This document shows positions 23,456-32,000 of a stretch of 32,000 bases of DNA, in pieces. This DNA comes from Chitinivibrionia bacterium. GTDB lineage: Bacteria; Fibrobacterota; Chitinivibrionia; Chitinivibrionales; Chitinivibrionaceae. Numbering within the stretch: position 1 is the stretch's first letter; the number at the start of each line of letters is the position of its first letter. The position numbers were made by a program, and so were the translations under genes. The notes under the pieces are model-generated. The model ran no database searches. It was not told where the DNA came from and worked only from the letters and a program-made list of their open reading frames with translations. The stretch lies in the NCBI GenBank assembly GCA_009779925.1, contig WRAZ01000019.1, forward strand, positions 1 through 32,000, in the 5' to 3' direction.

Positions 23456-25126
23456 TTATCTCACTACAAATTCGTTTACTATTCTCCAACCGCCGTCGTG
23501 CCACACCAAATCCAACTGTTTACGACTGAAAAATCTCGACCTTTCAGTCTCATACAATTGATTAAACCTAACAGACGACGCATTCTCACTCATAGAAACT
23601 ACATTAATGTTATCAAGAATAACGGAAATACTGTTAACCGAGCCGAAAATATTTTGTTTATTAGCCCTGAACGCTCGCCAATCGGGAAAGTTTTGCGCGT
23701 CATAAAAACGTGAATATCTTTCTAAGTCCCTGCTTTCCCAAGCTCTTGCCCAATCGTTAACAAATTGAATAATCCCTCTCTCGCTACGTTGAGCCGACGC
23801 AGGCGCTATAGGCTGAGGCGGTTGAACTGCTACGTTTTGCTGTGGCGGCGCAAGTGCCGTTTGCGTTGGAGCGGAAGCCTGCTGTTGCACTGCTTGTTGC
23901 TGAGGCGCCTGCGGAGTTTGTTGGACTGTTAAAGGCGGCGTCATTTGCGCAGGTTGTGCTTGCGTTTGGACGTTTTGTTGCGCCGCAACTTGTGTAATTT
24001 GGTTTTGAGCCGGAGTTTGGGTCGGTGGCGCTTGTTCGTTTACCTGCTCGTTTGTTTGCCTTGTTCGCGTCGGACGAACGGGAGGCGTTCTTTGATTTCT
24101 TTGCGCTTCCATATCTACAACGGGCGGCAATCTTCTTTGCCTTTCGTCAGGAAGCGTTATTTCGTTTGCAGGCGGAGCAATACTTGCTTGCGGCGTTAAT
24201 GTTATCGGCTGAACTTCAACACCGGGGAAAGGAAGCTGAGGCACATTTTCTCTGCCGACAGGCACGTTCGTAAATGGGTCAATGCCAAGTTCTTCGGCAA
24301 CCAATAATCTTTCCTGCCAAATTTCGTCCAAATCTATTAAGTTTTTTAAGTCCGAATATCGCTCTTCTATCAGAATAACGGGCGTAAGCAATCCATCGCC
24401 GATAAAACCGAAAAGTTCTTCCACATACGTATTATGCATAGAAACACAACCGCGCGAAACTATCGGAATAGTGTTGTCGAATGTGCCGTGTATCCAAATT
24501 CCGCTACCTGTTCGTCGCGCCGCTCTGTCGTGTCTGTTGGGGTAATTCAGCACAAACGCGTGAGGTCCGAACTGCGCCGCAACAGCTCTGCCATAACTTC
24601 GCACCATTTCGGTTTGATGTCGGTGGCGCACCATAAAATATAGCCCCTGAGGCGTTCTTCTGTCGCCCTCGCGCAATTTTGCACCTTCGTTTTCTCCGAC
24701 AGCCACAGGATAAACCCGAACAACCCCCCACCTTCTCGGTCCTTGCCTCAAAAGATACAAAATTCTATGAAATTTATCAACCACTATCATATATCTCATT
24801 GCTCCCATACCGGAAACAACAGCAAACGGCTCCAAAAAGCCTTCTCCGAAAACCGCCGCTTCGTCCAAGTTTTCAAGCACGGGAAAAGCAGTGTCGCTGA
24901 CAACATAATTAGCTCTGTTCACATAAATAAATTCAGCAATTTTAGGCGGAAGAAATATAACAGAAGCGACTAAAGCGGCAAGCATTACAAAAAGCACCGT
25001 AAAAAACGGGTGAATATAAAATCCTCCCCTGTATGCACGCCTGATTTTTTGTTTTCGCAGGGCAGTCAGAAAAACATTCTCTATCTTTCTTTTCAACAAC
25101 CTCAAAATACCAAATAAACCGCGCAT
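23456..25126 (-). CDS. L,D-transpeptidase (YkuD) with a Pro/Gln-rich linker and an NTF2/SnoaL-like C-terminal domain
   Basis: ATG 25126 behind AAGGTG (the track's GTG is at 25135). N-terminal TM anchor. GSGIWIHGT...SRGCVSMHN catalytic motif. PQ-rich stretch at about 23786-24238. C-terminal FVNDWARAWESRDLERYSRFY... Confidence 0.85.
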   Translation of the reverse strand: MRGLFGILRLLKRKIENVFLTALRKQKIRRAYRGGFYIHPFFTVLFVMLAALVASVIFLPPKIAEFIYVNRANYVVSDTAFPVLENLDEAAVFGEGFLEPFAVVSGMGAMRYMIVVDKFHRILYLLRQGPRRWGVVRVYPVAVGENEGAKLREGDRRTPQGLYFMVRHRHQTEMVRSYGRAVAAQFGPHAFVLNYPNRHDRAARRTGSGIWIHGTFDNTIPIVSRGCVSMHNTYVEELFGFIGDGLLTPVILIEERYSDLKNLIDLDEIWQERLLVAEELGIDPFTNVPVGRENVPQLPFPGVEVQPITLTPQASIAPPANEITLPDERQRRLPPVVDMEAQRNQRTPPVRPTRTRQTNEQVNEQAPPTQTPAQNQITQVAAQQNVQTQAQPAQMTPPLTVQQTPQAPQQQAVQQQASAPTQTALAPPQQNVAVQPPQPIAPASAQRSERGIIQFVNDWARAWESRDLERYSRFYDAQNFPDWRAFRANKQNIFGSVNSISVILDNINVVSMSENASSVRFNQLYETERSRFFSRKQLDLVWHDGGWRIVNEFVVR

Positions 25127-25157
25127 TTTTTTCACCTTAAAATTTACTTGTTTTATC

Positions 25158-25646
25158 TCAAACTTTTTTAGATTTAATAATATCAGAAATAAAAGGCATC
25201 ACATTTTTAAGCGTAGCCTCGTCGTCTTCTATACGTAAAACCTTACATTTCATTACCGCTCGTTGAGACTGATTTCCGAAAAACACCGCAATCGAAGTAT
25301 TCATTTTCGACAAGCAACTTAGTATTACGGGACTGTTTTCGGCGTTTCTGCAATAAAGAATATCAACATTCATTTTTTTTATTTTTTGGAGAAACAATGA
25401 AAAGTCCGCTCGTTCTCTTTGAGGCGGAACTTTAACAATTTCCGTTGGTTTTGCCTCCGCCAGAAGAAAGCCGTCAAGTGTCGTCTCGCTGATAATTCTT
25501 ATTTCGGCAGAGGGCGACATTGCTTTCAGCGCGGAAACGTCTTCGATGACTACGTCCAAAGGATCACTGCTCGACAATACACAAACTATCGACACGACAT
25601 TCCCCAAGAGTTCATTCATTGGCAATTCGTTTTTCTTCAATTCCAT
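25158..25646 (-). CDS. 162-aa hypothetical protein
   Basis: First gene of the minus-strand operon. ATG 25646. No recognisable motif. Confidence 0.55.
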   Translation of the reverse strand: MELKKNELPMNELLGNVVSIVCVLSSSDPLDVVIEDVSALKAMSPSAEIRIISETTLDGFLLAEAKPTEIVKVPPQRERADFSLFLQKIKKMNVDILYCRNAENSPVILSCLSKMNTSIAVFFGNQSQRAVMKCKVLRIEDDEATLKNVMPFISDIIKSKKV

Positions 25647-25813
25647 TGTTTTCCCGTAATTTTTCTTGCTTTCTTAACATATAAAATAACTATATTCCCA
25701 AGCAAAAAGCGGATTTTGCTTCAAAAAAGTGTAAATTCGGCAATTTTGTTATAATTTTTAATAAATTTATTGACTTTTATACTTGCACAAACGTATTTTC
25801 CTCTCGATTTTAT

Positions 25814-25886
25814 GCACTCTTAGCTCAGTCGGTAGAGCAGATGACTCTTAATCATCGGGTCCGGGGTTCGATCCCCCGAGGGTGTA
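25814..25886 (+). tRNA. tRNA-Lys (anticodon CTT)
   Basis: Hand-folded cloverleaf: acceptor GCACTCT/AGGGTGT, D arm GCTC-AGTCGGTA-GAGC, anticodon stem GATGA/TCATC with loop CTCTTAA, T arm CGGGG-TTCGATC-CCCCG. No encoded CCA. Confidence 0.9.
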
Positions 25887-25899
25887 TATCTCTCATTTT

Positions 25900-25982
25900 G
25901 CGGAAGTGGTGAAATGGTAGACACGTCGGTTTCAGGTACCGATGGTTGCAAAATCGTGGGGGTTCAAGTCCCTTCTTCCGCA
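25900..25982 (+). tRNA. tRNA-Leu (anticodon CAG), class II with a long variable arm
   Basis: Acceptor GCGGAAG/CTTCCGC, anticodon stem TCGGT/ACCGA with loop TTCAGGT, 16-nt variable arm, T loop TTCAAGT. No encoded CCA. Confidence 0.9.
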
Positions 25983-25991
25983 TTCAAATTC

Positions 25992-26064
25992 GCTCCCTTA
26001 GCTCAACAGGATAGAGCTCCGGTTTCCTAAACCGAAAACACAGGTTCGACCCCTGTAGGGAGTA
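25992..26064 (+). tRNA. tRNA-Arg (anticodon CCT)
   Basis: Acceptor GCTCCCT/AGGGAGT, D arm GCTC-AACAGGATA-GAGC, anticodon loop TTCCTAA, T arm ACAGG-TTCGACC-CCTGT. Followed by a T9 run. Confidence 0.88.
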
Positions 26065-26103
26065 TTTTTTTTTACCTAAACCTCTTAATTTACCACGCTC
26101 AAA

Positions 26104-29100
26104 TCAATCGTCGCGCCTTGCGTCTCTTCTGTTGCGGCGACGTTGCTGATTTTGGTCGTCGTCGGTCGCAGGTGTCTCGGCGGCTATCATTGCTTCAAAA
26201 TTGACAGGGCGAAACTCTGTCATTCCGTCTCTGTAAAGCGCTAACGAGTCTTGCGCAGTCATTTCGTCGCCGCCACCGCCCAACGGTTGATCTAAGGCAG
26301 GCGCTTCAAATTGACTGAAACGTGCGGCGTCAATTCCGAGTTGCAGGAAGTTGTCGATTTGCGAGCGAAGGTTTATTCGCGTCTCGTCTATCACTGTTAC
26401 GTGGGTCGGCATATTATTGTCTCTGTATCTTGCTCTTCCGAGGCGAAATCTCATATTATCCTCAGTTCCCGAAACGTTAACCCCTAATCTAAAAGGCAGA
26501 GGCGAACGAAGCACCGATATGTGGTAGCGGAAAGACATATCAAGATTTTGAATGCCGCTTATAGCCACTCTGTAGCGGTCCATTTCCATAATAAACGGGA
26601 ATATTTGCACTTCATTATTGCTTATAAGCATCTCAACCGAAATGCTGTCCACCAAATTTTCTTCACGGTTTCTGAACCTCAGAGTTCGTGCTATTTCGGC
26701 AAAGTCTTCACCGTCCAAAAGCACCATATTTCTGCCGCTTATTCTGCAGGAAGCGTTAATGCTGGGTAAAATAATGTCCATTGTCGTATCAAGAGACATA
26801 GTCGCCGCAATCTGAGCGTTTACTATTCCTCTGAACGACGAAAGCATAGGCGCAAATTCATCAACTGCAGGAATTATTGATATAAAATCTTCGACTTGTA
26901 TATCTTTGAAATCAAGGTCAACACCCAATGTTATGTCCTTTCTGCTACGTGTGGCGTAAAGCGCGGTCAGGTTTATTTCACCCATACTCGTTTTTGCTAC
27001 TATATCATTTAATTGCAAAACCCTGTCGCGCATAAGCAAACCGCCCGTCAATCTGTCTATTGTTATATCGGCGTATCTTCCGTTGCGAACGTCTAATCTC
27101 GCGTCAATTGACACATTTGAGGGAATTACAACGAGTTGCGGAACATCTTCGTCTCTGCCTTCGTTCAGCTCCTGAAGCATTCTTTCAAGTTGGTCTTCGT
27201 CTTGTGCGCCTGCTATCGCCCTTCTTTGCTCCTCTGTTGTTTCGGCAAATGCGGCTCCGTCATTTACCGCCGCAAGAAGTTCGTTTATGTTGAGCGTGTC
27301 GGCTTTAATGTTGGTTGTTATTCTTAGTCCGCGACCTGTGTTCATCGCACGACGTATATTATCGACCCTGCCCGTGGCATTTATTCTTGACGCACCCAAA
27401 TGTATATCGGCATTGTTCAGCGTGGCGTCGTTGCTTGTAAAGGCTAAGTCAATGTTTTGCAGGCGAGTGCGCAAAGGAAACATCGGCGAAACCATTCTTC
27501 CCGTGCGAGATTTTATAGCCCCGTCCAAAGCCCAATCCCTCAAAAGCGCCCCGATTTCCGTGTTGGCTATGTCAATATCGTCGCCTGCAAAATCGTCGGC
27601 GGCACGGACTGCATCTCTGCTTGCTCGGCGTTGGCTTCGAGCGTGCGCTTCCAAAGCGTCGCGTTCAATATCGGGAAATAATAATTGAAGCGAATCTAAA
27701 TTTACAGGCGCTCTCTGCCGTGTTCTCTGAGCGTTCGGGTCGTTTCTGTTTGCCGTAAGAGCAATACTCGCATCGCGAACGCTGAAGCGGCTTCCTTCAG
27801 CTCCCCTCATACTTAAACGCGAGGCTTCGGTTTCAAAGGTTATAGCCGGTAAAGCGCGGTTTTCTCTTTGCCCTCTCATTCTCAGACTGGTTTTTACTTC
27901 GCGTAAGGTTATTGTCGAAGAATCCAAAGCCGTGTATTGCAACATACCCGCCGTAAAAGTTCCCGACATCGGTATAACGCTTCCGTTGCCGCCCGTTAAA
28001 ACATCGTCTGATGAGCGCGCCGCCAAATTCACTTTGGAAAAAGCTACCGTTTCGCGGCTCGGAAGTCTTATACGCGCCGAATCCGACTTGAAATCTATGG
28101 TTATTTGACGTCTTTCTTCACCCGTTCTTCTGCTCACTCTTCTGTTGGTCGTGTTAAGTTCCAAATTAGTTCTTTCGACCATAATACTTATGGTATCTTG
28201 GGGAATGCGGAGACGCACTCTGTTGGCGTTTACCTGCACAACAAGATTGTTTCTCGCCAAATCCCGCTCGTTAAGTTGGCTCAATATAAACGAACCATCG
28301 GCATTAAATCCGATGTTTCCGCGAGCGGTTATCCCTAAATCGTCGGGAGCAAACTTCATCAACTCTCTCAAATCGGCAGTCCCCGTCAGTTTCATTGTAA
28401 TGTTGGGGTCGTCGAGTAAGTTTGTCGCGTTCAAATTTCCTTTGAGCGTTGCCGACAATGCTTGCAGGTCTATGTTTCTGACGTTTATTCCCGTTCTCTG
28501 AGGCGTGGTCGGGTCGAAATTCAGAGTAGCGTCAATCGCAAAATTGTCGATTTTCAACTCCTCTTCTCTGCTTTGTCTGTATGTAAGATTTCCTCTCGGC
28601 ACTCTGATATTTGCGACAACGCTCGGCATTTTTCCGTTTTCCGTAAACTCGTATTTACCGTTTATTTTTGCATCCAAAGTAATTGCGATATTTGTCCGTA
28701 TTTTATTTGTTTCGGTGTTTAAGCCTGCAGGAACAAGCGCCAATAACCTCTGGACGGGAAGCGCCGTAATCCTTGCTGTCAAGTCGGTTTCGACACCGTC
28801 TTCCGCAAAAGTAAGTTCGCCGTTAAGTTGCAGTTCGGGCAAATTGGCAATTGTTAAACTAATGTCTCTAAGCCCCAAAAAGAAAAGATTTTCGGGATTG
28901 AGTAAAAGCGTTCCGCCAAATATTAACGGAAGCGAATCAGCAAACATTTGCTTTTCTACCGTAGCCCAAACCGCCGCATCTATGTCCGCGGTGTATTCCC
29001 GACGATTTTCCACCGCCTCAAACACTGCCGATTTCAGCAATAAGCGCGCGTTAATATCGTCGTTTTTAAGCTCGCCGTTAAAATTTATATCCGAAAATGC

Positions 29101-30021
29101 AATCCTGTCGATTTCGAGACGTGCGGTGTCGGGCGTAATTTTTCCCTCCAGAAGCACCCTGCCGATTGACGCCTGCAAATCCATAGAATCCGAATGCGAA
29201 ATGTGCCCGAGTTCCACTTGTGAAAGAATAAATCTGTTAATTTCAAGTTTTTCCATATTGGGAGTAAGCATTCCGTCAATCAACAGACTGTCAAGCGATA
29301 CCTGCGAATGCATATTCATTGCCTCAGAATACGAACGGAAAGCCAATTCGATTCGAGAAGCAAAAAACCTGTGAATTTCAATGTTTTCCATATCGGGAGT
29401 AATGTTTCCTCTTAAACGCAATCTGCCGCCGATATTTGCCTGCAAACTCATAGAATCGGGAACGGATTTATAACTGATTTTTGCAGGTCCTCTGACTGTA
29501 AATCGCTCGATATTCAGCTCAAACGGCATATCGTCGGGCGTGTCTGCGGCGGTCGTATCGGCTTCGGTTTCTGCAAAAATCTCCCAGTTAGCGCGCCCCG
29601 ACGGCGACACGTACGCATTTACTATAGGTTGCGAAATACGAATACGTTCTATGTTAATGTTGCCGCCCAACAAATCCCTCGCATTCAGCGACACCATAAG
29701 TTCGTTAAAACGTATAAGAGTGTCCACTCCTTGCGGGTGATACGCCAAATATGCAGTATCCGTTCTCATTGCGTGAGAAATAATTTGTCCTTCAATAAGT
29801 TTAATGCTGATTTTGGGAAATTCTTCCAAAAGCGAAAGTTCAACAGAATTGAATTTTACATCGGCATCAAGAAATTCGGTGCTGAACCTATTGACCAAAG
29901 GTGTAAGTTGCGCAGGACTAAGCATATAAAAGAATAAACCGACCACCGCCCCAATAATCAAAATTATTGCCGCCAACGAAATTGCTACCCATTTCAATAT
30001 TTTTTTTGTAGTATTTTGCAT
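26104..30021 (-). CDS. AsmA/TamB-like outer-membrane biogenesis protein
   Basis: 1305 aa from ATG 30021 (AGGGTGG RBS; the track's GTG is at 30030). Single N-terminal TM anchor, long beta-rich repetitive body, and a C-terminal region (...RYRVAISGIQNLDMSFRYHISVLRSPLPFRLGVNVSG...) like TamB/DUF490-type ends. Confidence 0.65.
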   Translation of the reverse strand: MQNTTKKILKWVAISLAAIILIIGAVVGLFFYMLSPAQLTPLVNRFSTEFLDADVKFNSVELSLLEEFPKISIKLIEGQIISHAMRTDTAYLAYHPQGVDTLIRFNELMVSLNARDLLGGNINIERIRISQPIVNAYVSPSGRANWEIFAETEADTTAADTPDDMPFELNIERFTVRGPAKISYKSVPDSMSLQANIGGRLRLRGNITPDMENIEIHRFFASRIELAFRSYSEAMNMHSQVSLDSLLIDGMLTPNMEKLEINRFILSQVELGHISHSDSMDLQASIGRVLLEGKITPDTARLEIDRIAFSDINFNGELKNDDINARLLLKSAVFEAVENRREYTADIDAAVWATVEKQMFADSLPLIFGGTLLLNPENLFFLGLRDISLTIANLPELQLNGELTFAEDGVETDLTARITALPVQRLLALVPAGLNTETNKIRTNIAITLDAKINGKYEFTENGKMPSVVANIRVPRGNLTYRQSREEELKIDNFAIDATLNFDPTTPQRTGINVRNIDLQALSATLKGNLNATNLLDDPNITMKLTGTADLRELMKFAPDDLGITARGNIGFNADGSFILSQLNERDLARNNLVVQVNANRVRLRIPQDTISIMVERTNLELNTTNRRVSRRTGEERRQITIDFKSDSARIRLPSRETVAFSKVNLAARSSDDVLTGGNGSVIPMSGTFTAGMLQYTALDSSTITLREVKTSLRMRGQRENRALPAITFETEASRLSMRGAEGSRFSVRDASIALTANRNDPNAQRTRQRAPVNLDSLQLLFPDIERDALEAHARSQRRASRDAVRAADDFAGDDIDIANTEIGALLRDWALDGAIKSRTGRMVSPMFPLRTRLQNIDLAFTSNDATLNNADIHLGASRINATGRVDNIRRAMNTGRGLRITTNIKADTLNINELLAAVNDGAAFAETTEEQRRAIAGAQDEDQLERMLQELNEGRDEDVPQLVVIPSNVSIDARLDVRNGRYADITIDRLTGGLLMRDRVLQLNDIVAKTSMGEINLTALYATRSRKDITLGVDLDFKDIQVEDFISIIPAVDEFAPMLSSFRGIVNAQIAATMSLDTTMDIILPSINASCRISGRNMVLLDGEDFAEIARTLRFRNREENLVDSISVEMLISNNEVQIFPFIMEMDRYRVAISGIQNLDMSFRYHISVLRSPLPFRLGVNVSGTEDNMRFRLGRARYRDNNMPTHVTVIDETRINLRSQIDNFLQLGIDAARFSQFEAPALDQPLGGGGDEMTAQDSLALYRDGMTEFRPVNFEAMIAAETPATDDDQNQQRRRNRRDARRDD

Positions 30022-30127
30022 AAAAACCACCCTTTTTTACTTGAAAATTTTGCAGAAAATATCATTTGCCACTACAAAAATGACAATTTTTTACGGAAAT
30101 TCGATAATATTTATACAAAAAACTCCC

Positions 30128-32000
30128 CTACTTGCTCAACGAACTGACCTCAACGCCCAATTCTGCTTCTGCGTCAACTGCGCCACGGTTTATCAACCGC
30201 ATTGCACTATTCAGGTTTTCGATAGTCACAGGGTCTTCAATATGCAACTTTATTACCTTTATCAGTTGTACAATCATTCTGAAATGACGGATAATGTCGC
30301 CTTCGGGAATGCTGAAAGAGCCGATTTTTTCGAGGTCGCCGCCCTTTACCCACGACAAAGTTATAGGCGTATAAGAAAAATCAAGTTCTTTTATGGCATT
30401 ATCTTCTTTAATGCCGGACTTAATCTCTTTTTCACGAAGTTTTCTTATCACTTTTTCGCCGTCGTTGTTTATCTTAATAATAGTTTCGGGAATGTCGATT
30501 TTTGCATTTTTCTTTCGGGTTTCATAAATTACCGCACCCAAAAGACAACAAATATCTTCAGGCGAAAGCAAATCAAAACACCGAGTGTAATAAAGTTGCG
30601 CCGCCTGAATTTCGTAGCCGCTGACCGCCATTGCAAGTTTGCCCTTTGGTGTTAAGTTTTGCCCATCCAAAAAGCCTTCGCTTTGCAAAAATTCTATGCG
30701 GCGTCTTATCTGGTTCTCCTCTTTTTGATACGAGGTAGAAATAATAAAATCCCCGCCTTTAAAATTTCTCAGACTTTTGCGGAAAATGTCGAATGCGCCC
30801 TCGCCGTGCCTGCTGTAAAGCGAAAGAATGGTCGAATATTGCGCAAAAAAACGACTTCTGATAGGCTCGCTTTTACCGAAAAACAAACGTTTTACCTCTT
30901 TGGGGTCGGTAATTTCGGGAACAATATGACAATAAACATTACCCTCTTTGTCCATTCCGCGACGCCCTGCACGCCCTGCCATCTGCAAATACGAGCGATT
31001 TGTAAGATATTCAAATTCCACACCGTTAAATTTTTCTATTTCGTCAAAAATTACCGAGCGTGCAGGCATATTTACGCCCAAAGCAAAGGTTTCGGTACAA
31101 AACAAAATTTTTATTAGCCCCGTCGAAAAGAGACGCTCCACAATCTCTTTCGCCGCAGGTATTATTCCCGCGTGATGATAGGCAATTCCCGCTTTCCACA
31201 GGTGTTTCATTGAGTCCAGCTTGGCATAATCGGCTATTCCGTAGCAACCGACCAATTCATCGACCATTATTGATAATTTTTGTTTTTCGTCTTCACTCAA
31301 AAGTTGAAGGCGGCAGTTATCGAGAGCGTTTTTTTCGCAAGATTTTCGATTAAAACAGAAATAAAGTATGGGACTGCCGTTTTTCGCCCTAACAAAATCA
31401 ATAACTTTGCGGCAATTCGGCTTGGCAAATCTCATTTTGCGGCGTTTTTTCTTATCCCAAACATATTTTCTTTCCAAATATTTTAAGGAAACTTCGCCGT
31501 ATCTTCCCGAAAAAAGATGGTATTTTAACGGAACAACCCTTTCGTATTCTTTAATTACGACAAATTTGCTGCCTTTTCGCACCGCCTGCATCCATTCTGC
31601 GAGTTGGTCAATATTCGGAACGGTCGCTGACAAACACAAAAAGCGAATGTTTTCGGGCGCCAAAATTATGCTTTCTTCCCAAACCGTGCCGCGCTCTTCG
31701 TCGTCAATAAAATGCACTTCGTCAAAAATTGTATAAAGCACGTCGTCAAGGCGGTTCGACTGCTCCAAAATCATATTTCTGAAAATTTCGGTAGTCATTA
31801 TCAAAATCGGCGCGGTCGGATTTATAGTGACGTCCCCTGTGTGAATTCCGACGGCGCTTTCCCCGAAACGAATACGAAAATCGCGATATTTTTGGTTTGA
31901 CAACGCCTTAATCGGCGCCGTATAAATCACCCTTTTCCCTTCGTTCAGCGATTTTTCAACGGCGTATTCCGCAATCAATGTTTTTCCGCAACCCGTCGGA
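30128..32000 (-). CDS. Ski2/HelY-like DEVH-box SF2 helicase; the N-terminus lies beyond the right edge
   Basis: The frame is open to position 32000 with Walker A PTGCGKT. DEVH (FDEVHFI), SAT (LSATVPN), QMAGRAGRRG motif VI, and a C-terminal W-x2-G...EGDIIRHFR segment like the DSHCT domain. Confidence 0.85.
   Translation of the reverse strand, partial: PTGCGKTLIAEYAVEKSLNEGKRVIYTAPIKALSNQKYRDFRIRFGESAVGIHTGDVTINPTAPILIMTTEIFRNMILEQSNRLDDVLYTIFDEVHFIDDEERGTVWEESIILAPENIRFLCLSATVPNIDQLAEWMQAVRKGSKFVVIKEYERVVPLKYHLFSGRYGEVSLKYLERKYVWDKKKRRKMRFAKPNCRKVIDFVRAKNGSPILYFCFNRKSCEKNALDNCRLQLLSEDEKQKLSIMVDELVGCYGIADYAKLDSMKHLWKAGIAYHHAGIIPAAKEIVERLFSTGLIKILFCTETFALGVNMPARSVIFDEIEKFNGVEFEYLTNRSYLQMAGRAGRRGMDKEGNVYCHIVPEITDPKEVKRLFFGKSEPIRSRFFAQYSTILSLYSRHGEGAFDIFRKSLRNFKGGDFIISTSYQKEENQIRRRIEFLQSEGFLDGQNLTPKGKLAMAVSGYEIQAAQLYYTRCFDLLSPEDICCLLGAVIYETRKKNAKIDIPETIIKINNDGEKVIRKLREKEIKSGIKEDNAIKELDFSYTPITLSWVKGGDLEKIGSFSIPEGDIIRHFRMIVQLIKVIKLHIEDPVTIENLNSAMRLINRGAVDAEAELGVEVSSLSK

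Noticed and set aside
25700-25721. 8-bp A/T-rich hairpin AAGCAAAA-N6-TTTTGCTT upstream of the 162-aa gene
   Set aside because: It is a weak A/U-rich stem with no U-tract in either orientation and no conservation evidence available.
28505-29374. 289-aa plus-strand ORF inside the AsmA/TamB-like gene
   Set aside because: It is antisense to a 1305-aa ORF, has no independent signals and has a Ser-rich shadow composition.
30041-30655. 204-aa plus-strand ORF overlapping the helicase 3' end
   Set aside because: It starts on TTG in the intergenic region and runs antisense to the helicase's DSHCT-like domain. The translation is implausible.

Overview
This 32-kb window looks like it comes from a moderately AT-rich FCB-group-like bacterium, judging by a T9SS-type C-terminal sorting domain and GGGPS plus DGGGPS-like genes. 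The left ~4 kb (1-3958, all minus strand) is a decaying prophage or integrative-element remnant. It holds the start of an M15-type cell-wall peptidase gene and a tandemly duplicated cassette of small membrane proteins with near-identical stem-loops and an 11-bp microsatellite. It also holds an intact tyrosine integrase, a frameshifted SSB-like gene, a nonsense-interrupted YopX-like gene and two striking inverted-repeat DNA elements. From 4096 onward the window is core chromosome. In order: queA; a DGGGPS-like UbiA prenyltransferase; a tightly packed malQ / phosphohexomutase / pyrB / thiS / thiG / MFS sugar porter string ending in a bidirectional terminator; proA-queD; an orphan 214-aa gene behind a promoter-plus-terminator leader; aroE followed by an acidic T9SS-CTD protein and a CE4-like deacetylase; and HU overlapping a PcrB/GGGPS-family gene. 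These are followed by a long minus-strand operon (162-aa unknown, YkuD L,D-transpeptidase, 682-aa coiled-coil protein, Rel/SpoT), three tRNAs (Lys-CTT, Leu-CAG, Arg-CCT), a 1305-aa AsmA/TamB-like protein and a Ski2/HelY-like helicase that runs off the right edge. I saw no CRISPR array, rRNA or transposase. The least explained parts are the duplicated lysis-like cassette with its conserved non-coding blocks, the palindrome and 19-bp inverted-repeat elements next to the integrase, and the attenuator-fronted orphan gene at 14.5-15.3 kb. All family assignments come from motif recognition by eye and none was checked against a database.
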